DNA of 64,000 nt from Octopus vulgaris (GCA_951406725.2 OX597814.1:24986001-25050000), one strand, 5' to 3'; positions 40,250-53,889 are shown, counted from the first letter of the stretch. The notes: generated by a model from the letters alone, not told the origin. Program-made: numbers and translations.

Positions 40250-41645
40250 AGAAACTCTGTCTAATTATATATTCCTATAAGAAGGAAGGCTTTATCAAAA
40301 GAATAGGATACATAAGATGGGATTCACAATTTGTAAGGAAATTCGATGAGAAATTTTTTTGTCCGATCACCAGAATACTCTTATATAAAAAAAAAAACAC
40401 TCTAAAATAATTAACTACATAAAACAACTTCTCTAACCACCCAAAGAAACTTTTTATAACCTCATCAACAGCATATTCACAAGAATTTCTGAATTATCAT
40501 CTAAGGAAGTTATTACTGAAGAATATGCACATTGATACAATAAAGTTTTAAATACAATAAAGTTTTAAGTCTGGCCTTAGTGAAATTTGCACTCAGAGCA
40601 CAGAAATTCAGAACAAATACCATAATGTTGTCTGTGCAATAGATTGATGACTCATCCAGCTCACAGCATATTTGCTACTCTCATATAAAGTTCTACTCAT
40701 AGCAATTGATAAATGCTACTTATGAAGGATGTAATACAGCAAAATAATGAATAAATCTTTTGGATACATTTAAGATATATGGCACCATATCCCAGATAAA
40801 GAAAAGACAATATAGCTGCTATTGTATTTTCTTATCTAGTGAAAAATTTATTTGAAGTGTTCAAATTGTGACCATCTGCTTGTTGATTATGTATACTCAG
40901 TCTTCATAATTTGACTCCTAAATTGCTTTATTTTCTTGCAATTAAATTATCAATTCATTATGAGATGTCAGCGAAAAACAATAAGAGAGAGAGAGAAAGA
41001 GAAAGAAAGAAAGAGAGAGAGAGGGAGGAGAGAGAGAGCAAGATGTTTTAAAATACATAGAAAAAACAAAAATACTAGAGAAACATCGAAACTTCAACCA
41101 AAAAATAGAAAAAGAAAAGAGAATATAATTTCATACAGTCTGCCATAAAAAGACTTTTCAACCTAAATCCAAATACTTCAAACAAGTAAGTAAAGACAAC
41201 ACAAAACTCTTCTATTCTGCCACCAATAACTTCTCACAGATTATATTAAATATCAATCAAGCAGAACTGAAGCAAACTCCTGAAAATTATACAAATAACT
41301 GCAATGGAAACAATTGAAGCTCTTGTACTCTATAATAAAATTGTATTAGTAAAGAAATAATTTCTGTATGATCTTTCATTCCATACCCCAAACATTCACC
41401 TATTCTTATCCCAAATTTTTATACCTCCTTCTCAAATCTCACTTGCCACATAGCCTTAGCCTCTTTCCTCACATATCAGTTTAACTGTTAATAACTATTC
41501 CTTTCTGAATCAAAACAAAAAATGTGGTACCTCATTCTTTGAATTTATAAAGAAATCAAAAGTTTCCCAAACATTTGAAATTACTGCTTGATAAATCATC
41601 TTAAATGTTAAACCTTAACAAAATCACAATAACCTATGTCATGCA
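40250..41645 (+). mobile_element. Decayed Penelope-like element ORF split by the 40570-41054 insertion
   Basis: SNHPKKLFYNLINSIFTRISELSS (RT thumb-like) before the insertion; KNRKRKENIISYSLP (cf. RNIIWFNPP) and Cys-containing linker/GIY-YIG-like remnants after it. Confidence 0.65.
40570..41054. repeat. Right arm (derived copy) of inverted duplication
   Basis: Reverse complement of 38283-38852 without the 38520-38591 SINE stub. Confidence 0.92.
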
Positions 41646-42039
41646 AAATCCTGGATGATATCATGTGATATTTGACATAGTGCTAGCATGAAAATTTTCT
41701 TGAAATTACACCTCATCTTAAAATTTTAAGAAACATTGAAAATCACTTTTGGAGATAATCTGTCTACAAAAATATAGGATGGTCAACTATTGACATGCCT
41801 TCAAGAATAGTTCTGACCTGGAGCTACACAAAAGCAGTATTTGCATAATGAAGTTTATTTTATTAGAATCAACCTAAAGGTATCTAATATAGACAATTTA
41901 TATAATATCTTGGCCAGTTTAAGTATTTGTGAAATGTCTGAACAGGGAAAAACTTGTTTACTGTTTGATTTCCTTGAAGTAAATTATGTTGATGTAATGA
42001 ATTACTAAGATTCATATTATGACCTACTGTCAATATGAG

Positions 42040-42570
42040 TCATAAATACAATGTTGTTTTTGAAGATTTTTTTTGTTTTTTGGTTTTGGCTTTCATATGT
42101 TGATCTGAAGGAAGGAATACCTGTGGTCTTAGTAGGCCATCTAAAACTGATGAAATCTATGTCATTAACATTCCTCTTGAAATTTTCTAAGTTAACACTG
42201 GTAGGAAAGATATTAGCAGTAAGGCAAACCCAGTGGGTTGACATTGTGAGATGTAAATACTAGGCATAATAATTAGTGTAAGGTCCAAGGGGCTGAACTT
42301 AGAAAGGGTAATGAGAAGAAGAGTGATGTGTCAAATGGGGACACTTGAGTGGACGTTGTATGAGTGCAGTCAGCTTCAAAGAAGATAGGGAGAGAGAATA
42401 GATGTCACACCTATGATCAGAGGTGAAAGTATGTCTGTGAGTAAATTTATGCCAATCAGACAAGTGTCTCATTTCTGAGAGTTGACATAGAAAGTCTGTG
42501 TGTGTAGCAGCAACACTGTCCCAGATGTGAGAGCAATATTTCATTTGGGGTCTCACGTGAGACTAAACTA
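42040..42570 (-). mobile_element. CR1/L2-group LINE 3' remnant
   Basis: RPQMKYCSHIW resembles the RT C-terminal RPxxEYCSxVW motif; downstream FPTSVNLENFKRNVN is typical of the ORF end. Confidence 0.7.
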
Positions 42571-42799
42571 GAGCTATTTTAAGAAACAATCTTACTGTAT
42601 AACTTATTGATTTAAATTTAAGAATGATTTATGCACTTAAGGAGATTGATTTTTCTGAGTGTACTTACAGAATAGAATCCACATTTTCTTACAGAGCATA
42701 AAACTAATGAACATGCTGACCACTAGCAAACCATACTGAAATGAGCACAGATTTCTGTTATAGTGACTTTTTGGTTCTATTACAATGTGTAATAAATTT

Positions 42800-44937
42800 C
42801 AGGCATGGAAGGACTAGAAAAACGGTGGTAGCAGGGAATTGTATTAGATTGCCAGAAGAGAGGCTAGGAGACAGGTTTACTTAGCCAGAGGAGAAACAGA
42901 TAAGATAAAAACTGCCAATGTTCTACATCATGAGGACAAGAGACTTGAAGTGTTTCGTGTTGCAAGACAGTGCTGTGAGAGAGAAATGTGTCCACATGGA
43001 TGATGGTTCAGTTGCATTTAATGAGGCTGCTAAGAGAGAGACTTGGAGACACCACTATGAAAGGTTGTTAAATGAAGAGAATGAATGGGAAAAAGAGAGT
43101 CTGCCAACTGTCGACCCAGCAGAGGGATCAGTGACCCGAATTGACAGTATCTTGATAGATAAAGTAATTAAGGGTATGAAGACAGGGAAAGCCCCTGGCC
43201 CATCAGGAATCACCATAGAGATGCTTAAAATATCTGGCGGTGTCAGCTATAGTCTAGTCACCTGTATAGTCAATCAGGTGATACAGGAAGTTGGACATAA
43301 GAAGCATCAGATGCAGTGTGCAAGAGAGACGACTGCATTGGTATGGTCATATCTTGCATATGGATGAGGACAGCTGTGTGAAAATGTGTCACACCCTAGC
43401 AGTAGTGGGAACCTGTGGAAGAGGTAGACCCAGGATAACCTGGTACGAGGTGGTGAAGCATGACCTTCAAACGTTGGACCTCACAAAGGCGATGACAAGT
43501 GACCAAGACCGTTGGAGATATGCTGTGCTTGAGAAGGCCCAGGTAGTGAAGTGAGACCATAACCATGGCCTGTGCCAGTACAGCATAACCATCCCATTTA
43601 AGAGTACCATTCGAGTGTGGTCAATGCCAGTGCTACCCAACTGGTCCTGTGCTGGTGGCACATAAAAAGCCCCATTCAAGCATGGTCATTACCAATGCCA
43701 CCTGACTAGCTCCTTTGACAGTGGCATGTAAAAGGCACCATTCAAGCATGGTCGATGCCAGTACTGTCTGATTGGCATCGTGCTGGTGGCATGTAAAAAA
43801 CACCTACTACTCTCTCAGAGTGGTTAGCATTAGGAAGGGCATCCAGCTGTAGAAACTTTGCCAGATCAGATTGGAGCCTGGTGCAGTTTTCTGACTTGCC
43901 TACCCTCAGTCAAACCGTCCAACCCATGCCAGCATGGAAAGTGGACGTTAAACAATGACGATGATGATGATGAAGCAAGGTCTGGAATCAAAGGGCCTTA
44001 GAGTTAATTTAGCAAAACCAAAGTCTTATTAGTAGGAAAACAGACAAATCACAGATCCCTTCAAGGTGTTGGCCCTGCTTGATATGAAGAAAAGGCACAG
44101 TAAACACTAGAACTGTACAGAAAATATGCTTCATCAAATGACAGGGGTATATACTTAGAAGTAGTAGATAGCTTCCATTACCTAACTAATCAAGTCAGCA
44201 GTGAAGGCAGAGGCCCTGAGAATAAGAATAAGCTGGACAAAGTTCAGAGAGCTTCTACTTTTCTTGGTAACAAAGGACCTCTCCCTCAGAGTGAAAGGCA
44301 GGTTGTATGATGCCTGTGTGCAAATAGCCATGCTACACACCATTGAAACATGGGCTGTGATTGCAGAGGATATGCAAAGGCTTGAAAGAAATGAAGCTAG
44401 TACCCTTTGCTAGAAGTGCAATGTTAGTATGCATATACAACAGAGTGTAAGTGTTTTGAAAGAGAAGTTGAGCATAAGAGGCATCAGATGTGGTGTGCAA
44501 GAGAGAAGGCTATACTGGTATGGTCATGGGACGCATATAGTCGAGGACAGCTGTATAAAGATGTGCTGATCTCTGACTGTGGAGGGAACCTGTGGAAGAG
44601 TTAGACCCAGGAAGACATGGGATGATGTGGTGAAGCATGATCTTTAGATGCTGGATCTCATGGAGATGAGGACAAGTGACCAAGATCTTTTTTAATTTGC
44701 TGTGCTTGAGAAGAGACATCAAGCTAAGTGAAATTGTAGCCATGGACAATGCCAGTGAAATGTAAAACCACCCACTACACTTTTGTAGTGGTTGACATTA
44801 AGAAGAGCATCCAGCTGTAGAAACCAAGCCAAAATCAGACTAGCTCCTGGTACAGCTCTCTGGCTTGACAGTTCCAGTCAAACCATCTAACATATGCCAG
44901 CATGGAAAATAGACGTTAAATGATGATGATGATGATG
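42800..44937 (+). mobile_element. Nested/rearranged RTE LINE fragments (42800-43288; 43290-43973; 43975-44937)
   Basis: WRHHYERLLN, MKTGKAPGPSGITIEMLK, RRLHWYGHILHM...GRGRPRITW, LRVKGRLYDACV; two (GAT)n tails. Confidence 0.92.
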
Positions 44938-45949
44938 TTCCTCACTCTTCTCCTAGAACTAAGTAGCTGATGAAGACTGATCACTTATCTTGAGATGATA
45001 AAATGATAAAGTTGAAAAACTAAACATAATTTATAGTTTTTAATGTGTGTTAATGGATTTGGAGATGTTCTGAAGTATAATGGCTAATATGGTTATATTG
45101 CAAACAATAAATACATGAGTTCAAGTCTTGACAAAAGCTTATGGAACTTTTCTGTCTCAAACTTTTGCTTGTGTTCACGACAAATATTTTGATTAAAATC
45201 TTATCAGTTAATTCATATTTAACTGTTTGCAATGATCAGAAGAATGAAATCAAAATTTAAAACAAACCTGTTATCATTATTGTTTAGCTCGAGTTATGTC
45301 TTATCGAGCTTTCTTATCATCAAAGCCATTACAGCCATGACCATCCCATCTTTTATTTGCATCTATTGCAACATGCTTTATGCACAGAAAGCATGAAATT
45401 AGAAAAGTAAAAATGTAGCTGTTCTGGTACAAAAATGATAGGACAGATTAAATGAGAAAGGCTTCCAATAATAAATAAATAAACTATGAAAAGCATACTC
45501 TTTAAAAGATAGAATTAAAAATTCTGAATAGAGACTTTTTGGAATATATCTTTTTTACCTTAAGAAATTGAACGATTGTCATGGAAGATTAAAATTAATG
45601 TTAGCAGAAATTTCTGACAGGATTCACAGCAAAAATTCTTGTTGTGACTCCTGTTACTATATATGCTTCCAACAAATTTACTTGCATACATATGTTGGAA
45701 AGCAAAGGCTGATAAATATTCCACCAATGCTATATGTATGAAGATGGAGCCAACATAAAATGTGTTGAATAGCTTGGAATTTACATAGAGTGAGTGGAAA
45801 TAATTTAATTGACTCCATATTGAATTTGGTCAAACAAGAATCTACAAAGGGAAATGGAAAAATAATGCAGAATCTCTTTTCTGTGGCAGTGGGACAGTCC
45901 AAACGATGAGCCACCTGCTGGTTTTCATATTATTGGTTTCCCTTTCTTA

Positions 45950-46360
45950 CTCTTTCACTCTTTTACTCTTTTACTTGTTTCAGTCATTTGACTGTGGCCA
46001 TGCTGGAGCACCGCCTTTAGTCGAGCAAATCGACCCCAGGACTTATTCTTTGTAAGCCTAGTACTTATTCTATCGGTCTCTTTTGCCGAACCGCTAAGTT
46101 ACGGGGACGTAAACACACCAGCATCAGTCGTCAAGCGATGTTGGTGAGTACAAACACAGACACACAAACATATACACACACACACATACATATATACGAC
46201 AGGCTTCTTTCAGTTTCCGTCTACCCAATCCACTCACAAGGCTTTGGTTGGCCTGAGACTATAGTAGAAGACACTAGCCCAAGGTGCCACGCAGTGGGAC
46301 TGAACCCAGAACCAGGTGATTTGTAAGCAAGCTACTTACCACACAGCGACTCCTACGCCT
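45950..46360 (-). mobile_element. SINE family A, near full length
   Basis: Match to 23838-24250. Confidence 0.9.
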
Positions 46361-47959
46361 TTTCTTGTATAAATGATTTGAGAAAGAACACCAAAAAGGA
46401 ACAAGGTAGAGTTAAAAATAGTAAGATTTGGTATAGATATGAAATAATAATAGCCATAATTCATCTGCCAAAGGGGCAATGGATAAAGGAGAAATTTCAA
46501 AGGTGGGTTACAATTTGTAGATTACAATAACAATGGTATCATTTTGCATGAGATTTTCCATGGAGAGTTAAATAAAATTGAGTATTGAGAAAACATCTTA
46601 CCCATTTGATTTTTATCCAGCCACCTTAACAACTTCAAATATTAATTTTCACTATAAATTCTCAGTAATATTCCAATTCCTGTACTTTCAGGAATGAAGT
46701 AAGCTAAACTTTCTTTCTGTTAAAAAGTTTCATCTTAATTATAAATACAACAAAGAAAATACTATATTACAATTAAATACTTTCTGCTGTTTCAAGACAA
46801 TCAGTTCTTTTTAGTTTTAGTTACTTTCAGCTGCTGAAAATTACATTGCCATTTTGTTTAAATTTTTTTTTTTTTTTTATATTTTATTAATTGTCATTTT
46901 GTATAATTTTTTGAATTTTATTAACTAAGTCTGCTAATATTTTCTATATTATTTTCTTTATCTCTTTTCAGAAATGTATGACAAGATAAAAATGTTCTTA
47001 TTATTAATGAAGCTCTTAGGCTTTCTTAGGTTTTGTTCATTTTCATTTGATTACTTCAGGCAAAGCACTGCCTCAGAATAATTTAATTTTCTATTTCAGT
47101 AATATTTTTGCGTATAAATGCCAACTTACTAAAAATGATGTTTCAATTTATAATTTATACTTTCATACTTCTACACATGTTTTAGTGTACATTATTAATA
47201 ATAATACGGAGTCATATATATACACAGTCCCACACATGCATCCACAAAGATGTGAACAAATATATACATGCAAAATATTGCTCTATGTGTGAATAAATGA
47301 TTTTGTGCAAGTATAGATGCATGTAATAAGCAGTCCATTATATCTTAACCATACACGCACAAAAACAGACATCGATTCTAAAGATTATTCATAGCCTTCA
47401 ATTTTTAGTACTAAATGTTTTAAGTGTAGCATTTTATATGCATAGACCTTTGGAATATCGTGACTGGCTTATACATATCATTATATAATATTTGTACAAA
47501 ATAATATCTGTTTAATGCATTTGTCTGTGTAAATATATCTGAAAAGGACAATCATTACCATACGTACCACGAAATGTGTAAACCTTAACTGGGTCGATAA
47601 AATAGAAACATAGCATTTACTATTAAGTAATCAAGTTTTTGTAAGGTATACTTTGAATACATCACCAAACAAGACTGTAGTCTGGTTGAGAAAATGAATG
47701 TAAAAAGAATGAATAAATAAAAACCAAATAAAAAGGAAGAAAGTTAAGAAAATCACCATTTCCAGTTTGTGAATATATATTTTCCTATGAATTTATTGAC
47801 TATTCTCTCGGTGTTTAAACGACTCTAAGCAAATGTATTTCCATACACTTTTTGGTAATTGTTTTCACTCTCTGCATCACCTTGCATTTCTAAAACATAC
47901 TTTATTACTTTCCATGAAACCATTTACAGTTTCTTTGGTAAAATATGGCTTATAGCTTT

Positions 47960-48323
47960 TTCAAGATATATGTGAACATATATGAGTGAACATAAGTATG
48001 TGTGTGTGTGTGTGTGCATACATATAAGCACACATATATACACACACATATATGAGAATATATATATGTTTACACATAGACACACTCACACACATATATA
48101 TGTATATATGTCTGTATGTATGTATAATGCATATATATATATATTTATATATATATATATATACATGCATTTATATATTTTTACATGCATATATGCATGT
48201 ATATATATGTAGACATACATACAAATGTATATATACGTACATATGCATGTGTATGCATTTATGCATATATATAAATATATGTGTATATCTACATGTATCT
48301 AAATGTATATAGGTGTGTATATT

Positions 48324-48381
<58 letters not shown>

Positions 48382-48434
48382 CATACATATATATTTATAT
48401 ATATATACATACATATACACACACACACACACAC

Positions 48435-48478
<44 letters not shown>
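47960..48478. repeat. Compound (TA)/(CA)/(TG) microsatellite field
   Basis: Direct reading. Confidence 0.95.
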
Positions 48479-48483
<5 letters not shown>

Positions 48484-48674
48484 ATCCAAACAAGAAAGCA
48501 CAAAAAAACACAACACAAGGACGTGGAACAAATATAGTATTATTGGACGCTCAGGAAAGAAGGAAAGAAGGAGGGTTTAACGTTTTGAGCGGAGCTCTTC
48601 GTTGGAAACATAGGAGAAGGAAAGATCCAGAGAAGGGAAGACAGAGGGAAAAAAAATCGCCAACGGTACACACG

Positions 48675-48679
<5 letters not shown>
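48479..48679 (-). mobile_element. PLE-like terminal fragment in (TA)n with a mutated hammerhead
   Basis: Minus strand GUUU-CCAACGA-A-GAGC-UCC-GCUC-AAAA-CGUU-AAAC; three substitutions from the CUGACGA...GAAA core. Confidence 0.55.
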
Positions 48680-48716
<37 letters not shown>

Positions 48717-48801
48717 TATAATTGTTAAACAGGATGTGAAGCATTAAGGCGAGGCAAAAATATCAAGCCATATACAATATTATTACAGGAAGAAATTAAA
48801 A

Positions 48802-48857
48802 ATCTTACAGCTGTTTCACAGATATCCTCAAGTATGGGATATTCCATCATCAGAGAC
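48802..48857 (-). ncRNA. Type I hammerhead ribozyme motif
   Basis: GUCU-CUGAUGA-[AUAUCC/GGAUAU stem II]-GAAA-CAGCU-GUA-AGAU. Confidence 0.7.
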
Positions 48858-49111
48858 AAATTGGGGGAAAAATATGGAAAATGAGAATGGTATATATCAA
48901 TAAGATGATAACAGAGAGGAAGGGAGTAAAAGAATAAGGAGATGGAAAGAGAGAAGAAAAGAGACATAAAAGTTCATAGTTCAGCTTTCCAAAGTTATTG
49001 AAATGAAAGCATGAGTCCTTAGGTGCAATCCTGCATATATCCATGTGTGTATGTCTTTAGGTGCAATCCTGAGTATATCCATGTCAGTATTCCATATTTT
49101 TTCCTCGATTT

Positions 49112-49167
49112 GTCTCTGATGACAGAATATTCCATACTCTAGGATATCCCTGAAACAGCTGTAAGAT
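49112..49167 (+). ncRNA. Type I hammerhead ribozyme motif
   Basis: GUCU-CUGAUGA(49116-49122)-stem II-GAAA(49152-49155)-CAGCU-GUA-AGAU; palindromic ACAGCUGU stem III. Confidence 0.7.
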
Positions 49168-49244
49168 TTTGAATTTCTTCCTGTTATAATATTGTATATG
49201 ACTTGAGATTTTGCCTTGCCTTAATGTTCGATGTCCTGTTTAAC

Positions 49245-49355
<111 letters not shown>

Positions 49356-50171
49356 AAGAGGCTTTCTATCCAATACTCTAATGGCTCTGACTGTTTATTG
49401 CTTATTTAAATCTCTAGCATCTTGGAATTCCATTTTCTTCTATGAAATTGGATTGAAAGTGTTGTGTCAAAAAAAAAAAAATGATAATAAACTGGCTGAC
49501 GCAGTGGATATTGCTGGTTGTTGTTTTATAATAATGCTTTCACTATCTATGTTATGTATGGAACTAAGCTGACATAAATTATTCAATAGAAAATGTAAAA
49601 ATTGTCTTTCCATTTCAATAATTTCTATTTCTTTGTCAATATAAATTACAATAACAAAATATGTTGTAAATAACAAAATTACAAAATTTAGGCATCTTCA
49701 TAATATTTATGTTTTAGTTAATCAAGTCTGAAATGATAATTGTTGCAAAATTAAAAGGAAAATTACTGGAAAGGAGAATTTACAGAGAATGAAGGTAGTA
49801 GAGAGTGTTATATACAAGACAGAATTTGGTTTAAGAGGAAGTTAAAATTTGTACTAGGATATCATACTACAGATGACTCACCATTTTTTAAGTGAGACAA
49901 GGGTAAAATCCCTTAAGTAGGATATGGCAATGCATATCTTCTGTAATTTTCTAGGTGCTCAGATTATTAGATTTAGGTGATAGTAATTTTAGCTAAAAGA
50001 GTCTATAAACAAGATATGAACTGTAGAAAAACACTTTGTGTATGACTGGCTGGTCATCAGAGCTTTAATTATAGATCATATTTACTAATACAACCATTCA
50101 GGTGGAAGTATAAGGATTTTCTATATTTTGGAAGCTTCATAAGCAAATGACCAGTTTTTATTTGTGATTTT

Positions 50172-50573
50172 GCTCTTTTACTTGTTTCAGTCATTTGACT
50201 GTGGCCATGCTGGAGCACCACCTTTAGTCGTACAAATCGACCCCAGGACTTATTCTTTGTAATCCTAGTACTTTATTCTATCAGTCCCTTTTGCCAAACT
50301 GCTAAGTTACTGGGACGTAAACACACCAGCATTGGTTGTCAAGCAATGTTGGGGGGAACAAACACAGGCACACAAACATATACACACACACATACATATA
50401 TGTACACATATATGACGGGCTTCTTTCAGTTTCCATCTATCAAATCCACTCACAAGGCTTTGGTCAGCCTGAGGCAATCGTAGAAGACACTTGCCCAAGG
50501 TGCCACGCAGTGGGACTGAACCCGGAACCATGAGGCTGGTAAACAAGCTACTTGCCACACAGCCACTCCTACG
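50172..50573 (-). mobile_element. SINE family A
   Basis: Match to 45950-46360. Confidence 0.9.
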
Positions 50574-50819
50574 TCTATGTAGGAGTGGCTGTATGATCCA
50601 AGCTTTGTGAGTGGCTTTTTTTGAAGATCTACTGATATGTCACACACCCAGAATAGTCATGGACATTAAAATCATACAAAAGAGCAATGCAATGAGAAGT
50701 AGATGAATATTCAGTTATAGAATGCACAAACTGAAGCAATATTTAGAAAGTGAGGTTGTATTATATTAGGACAGAAAGCAGTTGGAACTCAATACAATAT
50801 GTGCACCATAAATATTATT

Positions 50820-51030
50820 TTCTATTCTAGGCATAAGATTCAAAATTTTTGGGGAGGGGCCAGTTGATCAGATCAACTCCAGTACACAACTGGAATTTAA
50901 TTTATCAACCCCAAAATGATGAAAGGCAAAGTTGATCGCAGTGGAATTTGAACTCAGAAAGTAAAGACAGATGAAATACAGTGAAGCATTTTTCCCAACG
51001 GTCTAATGTTTCTGCCAGCTTGCTGCCTTG
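50820..51030 (-). mobile_element. SINE family B
   Basis: Reverse complement of 6719-6935. Confidence 0.8.
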
Positions 51031-52805
51031 TGCACTATAAATATTGAATATACAAAACTTTCTATCAAGTGTCAGGCAAGGTAACTGGGAGCCATGATAT
51101 ACCAAAAGGGCAGTGGAGAGATATTTGTAATATAATGCATAAAGTACCTACTTCATTTAAAGTAATATACCTGTTTATTGTTTCTGGTCTTGATCCGACT
51201 GTATAAGTCCTTGTGAAAATGATTTCACACACACAGTCTCACATTGATCCAAGCTTTGTGAGTGAAACTGGTTGGCTGAATCTGCTTATGAACTGTACCT
51301 ACTCTTGTGTTTGATTAACCCATCCCATTAACATCACCACTTAGCTGTTGGGCACCATAAGTGTACTCCACCCTGAGGCAAAAATTTATGTTAAATCTCT
51401 GGTCTGATGATAGCTACTAATTTCAAAAGCTTTGCAGAAAGGTCATGGATATTGTCACCTGATTTGGCCTTAAAATGAACAATATATTTTGTATTTATAT
51501 ATCATACAAAATATTTTCATGAAAAACATATGCATGTAATTTCCACATAAACTTTACAGCCTAACCTATACCTATAAAGCTCAATAGTCACTTTCAAATT
51601 TATACTTTTTACTTCATTTAGGATGCATGAATTTTTCAACAAATTTTATACAGCAATTATAATAAATCTAGTTAAACATTCCTATTATAATCAAACATGT
51701 TGCTAAAAACGGTTAGTGTGTATAATGCATGAGAAATATTTTCTGGGATTTTGTTGCCCATAATTACATGTGTATGCTGTACACAAATATGTATTATAAA
51801 CGAATAATTTAAAGTAGTCACTAGCATACATGATGTTAGAGGAAATTTTAATTTGTTCACATTAAACCTATATTTATGAAACTTAACCTATTTTAGTCAA
51901 AAAAGAAAGATGAGAAAATTAAAATTAATTAAAATTAATTGGATATGGGTGCAGGAATGGCTGTGTGGTAAAAAGCTGGGTTCCCTACCGCATGGTTCTG
52001 GGTTCAGTCCCCTTCTGTGGAACCTTGGGCAAGTGTCTTCTGCTATAGCCTCGGGCCAACCAAAAGAATAAAGAAAGAATAGAATGCAATATTAAAGGAG
52101 TTTTGATCTTTGGTAGAATTGATTTAAATTAGTCTAAATTTTCAGGTTATCTTCCATGTCTTTCATTAAGATAATGACTATTTCTCAAAACACTGGGTTT
52201 AATTTGAATTAAATAAACTTCTTGGATCACTACATGGTTTTCCTACTGCGGTTCTTGATTTTTTTCCCTGGGTCATTCTCATAAAAGAATACTGTTTGAT
52301 ACATTCACTTACAAACACTCCTATATAGTTTCAAAACACCCTCATTTACATTCATATACACCAACCATTTCTTGCATTTATAGTTACAACTATTATTTTA
52401 GTTGACTCACTCATCTTTATTTGATTTCATTATTGTTTTCTTACACAGACATAACATTTTAAATTTATTAAAAAAAGAAATAAAGGTTTTTCAAAACATC
52501 AATATAATATATGAAATGGAAGAGCTGTAACTAGTAGTTGAAATATAGATGTGGTCTAAACTCGTTAGTATGTTGCCATATTTATGTTATCATAAATTTT
52601 GTTTCAATAATAAATAATAAAAAATAAAAGTTAGAGGTGGAGGTTTTCCTAGTTGAACAAATTGACTCCAGTACCTTTTTAAAGTTTGGTACATGTTTTA
52701 TCGGTTTCTTTTGACAAACTGCTAAGTTATATAAACATAAACAAATCAATACCAGTTGCCATGTGGTGGGGAATTGACACAAACACGAAGACACACATAC
52801 ATACA

Positions 52806-53690
52806 TACTGGGTGCAGCGAATATATTGTTGTCTAAATTACGCAAAAAAGGAAATAACACTGATATCTCATTTTAACAGATATATTTACAAAAATTACAT
52901 TAAAATATCTTGAAATACTAATGAGTAAATTTATTCAATAAAATCGCCATTGGCTTCAACCACGGTCTCCAGACGACTTCAGAATCTCCTGCAACTCTTT
53001 TGGATTGTCTCCTTGTTTAAGTTGGTGTATGCTGCCATAATCCTTGCCTTCAGTTCATGTTTGGTGTTACAAGGAGTTTTGGTGGTCTCTCACTCAGCTG
53101 CACCCCATGTACACTAATTAAGGGGGTTGCAATCTGGTGAGTTAGGTGGCTAGATATCAGGGGTGATGTAATCGCAGAAATTGTCTGATAGCCAAGACTG
53201 GGTACTTCTGCTTGTGTGGCATGGTGCAGAGTCCTGTTGCCAGACATAGGTTCTTCTAGCAGCCACCTTCTTAACCCAGAGCAGCACTACCTTATCCAGG
53301 CACTTGATTTAGACCTCTGTATTGAGTCTGTGGTCGGTTGGGAAGATGAATGGAGGGATAACGTCATCATCACTAGTGATCACTCCAAACATCATGATGC
53401 TGACTGGATGTTTGATTTTTATCACTCTTGGTACATGCACTGTCCTCAGATTGACACCCAAACAACACTCTGAAATGTTTATATTGGAGCTTCCAGCATG
53501 AATGCTAAGCAGTACAGCATGTTGTTTCCAAATTTCTGGCAGAGTGAATTGCATCATTGTGGTGTTTTTCTCACAGACAGTGCCCAACTAACCCTACTAT
53601 ACTGTGTAGTTGACAAAATAAAAAACAAACAATGTGCATGCACAAAATCAAAAGCATAAAATTGCAACAATTTACCTATTGCCCCCTCTG
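52806..53690 (-). mobile_element. Internally deleted Tc1/mariner transposon remnant (DD37D/maT-like)
   Basis: KHPVSIMMFGVITSDDDVIPPFIF, VWQQDSAPCHTS and I*PPNSPDCNP in broken frames. Confidence 0.85.
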
Positions 53691-53705
53691 TGTGTATGTG
53701 TATAC

Positions 53706-53707
53706 AG

Positions 53708-53800
<93 letters not shown>

Positions 53801-53820
53801 AAGATAGATAGATAAATAGA

Positions 53821-53856
<36 letters not shown>

Positions 53857-53862
53857 TATATA
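53706..53862. repeat. (GATA)n(CATA)n(TA)n compound microsatellite
   Basis: Direct reading. Confidence 0.95.
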
Positions 53863-53889
53863 TAGTAGTTAAACAGGACAGCAAACACT

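Noticed and set aside
44963-45025. Hammerhead-like CTGATGA...GAAA with a long stem II
   Set aside because: No stem III, NUH triplet or convincing stem I after GAAA
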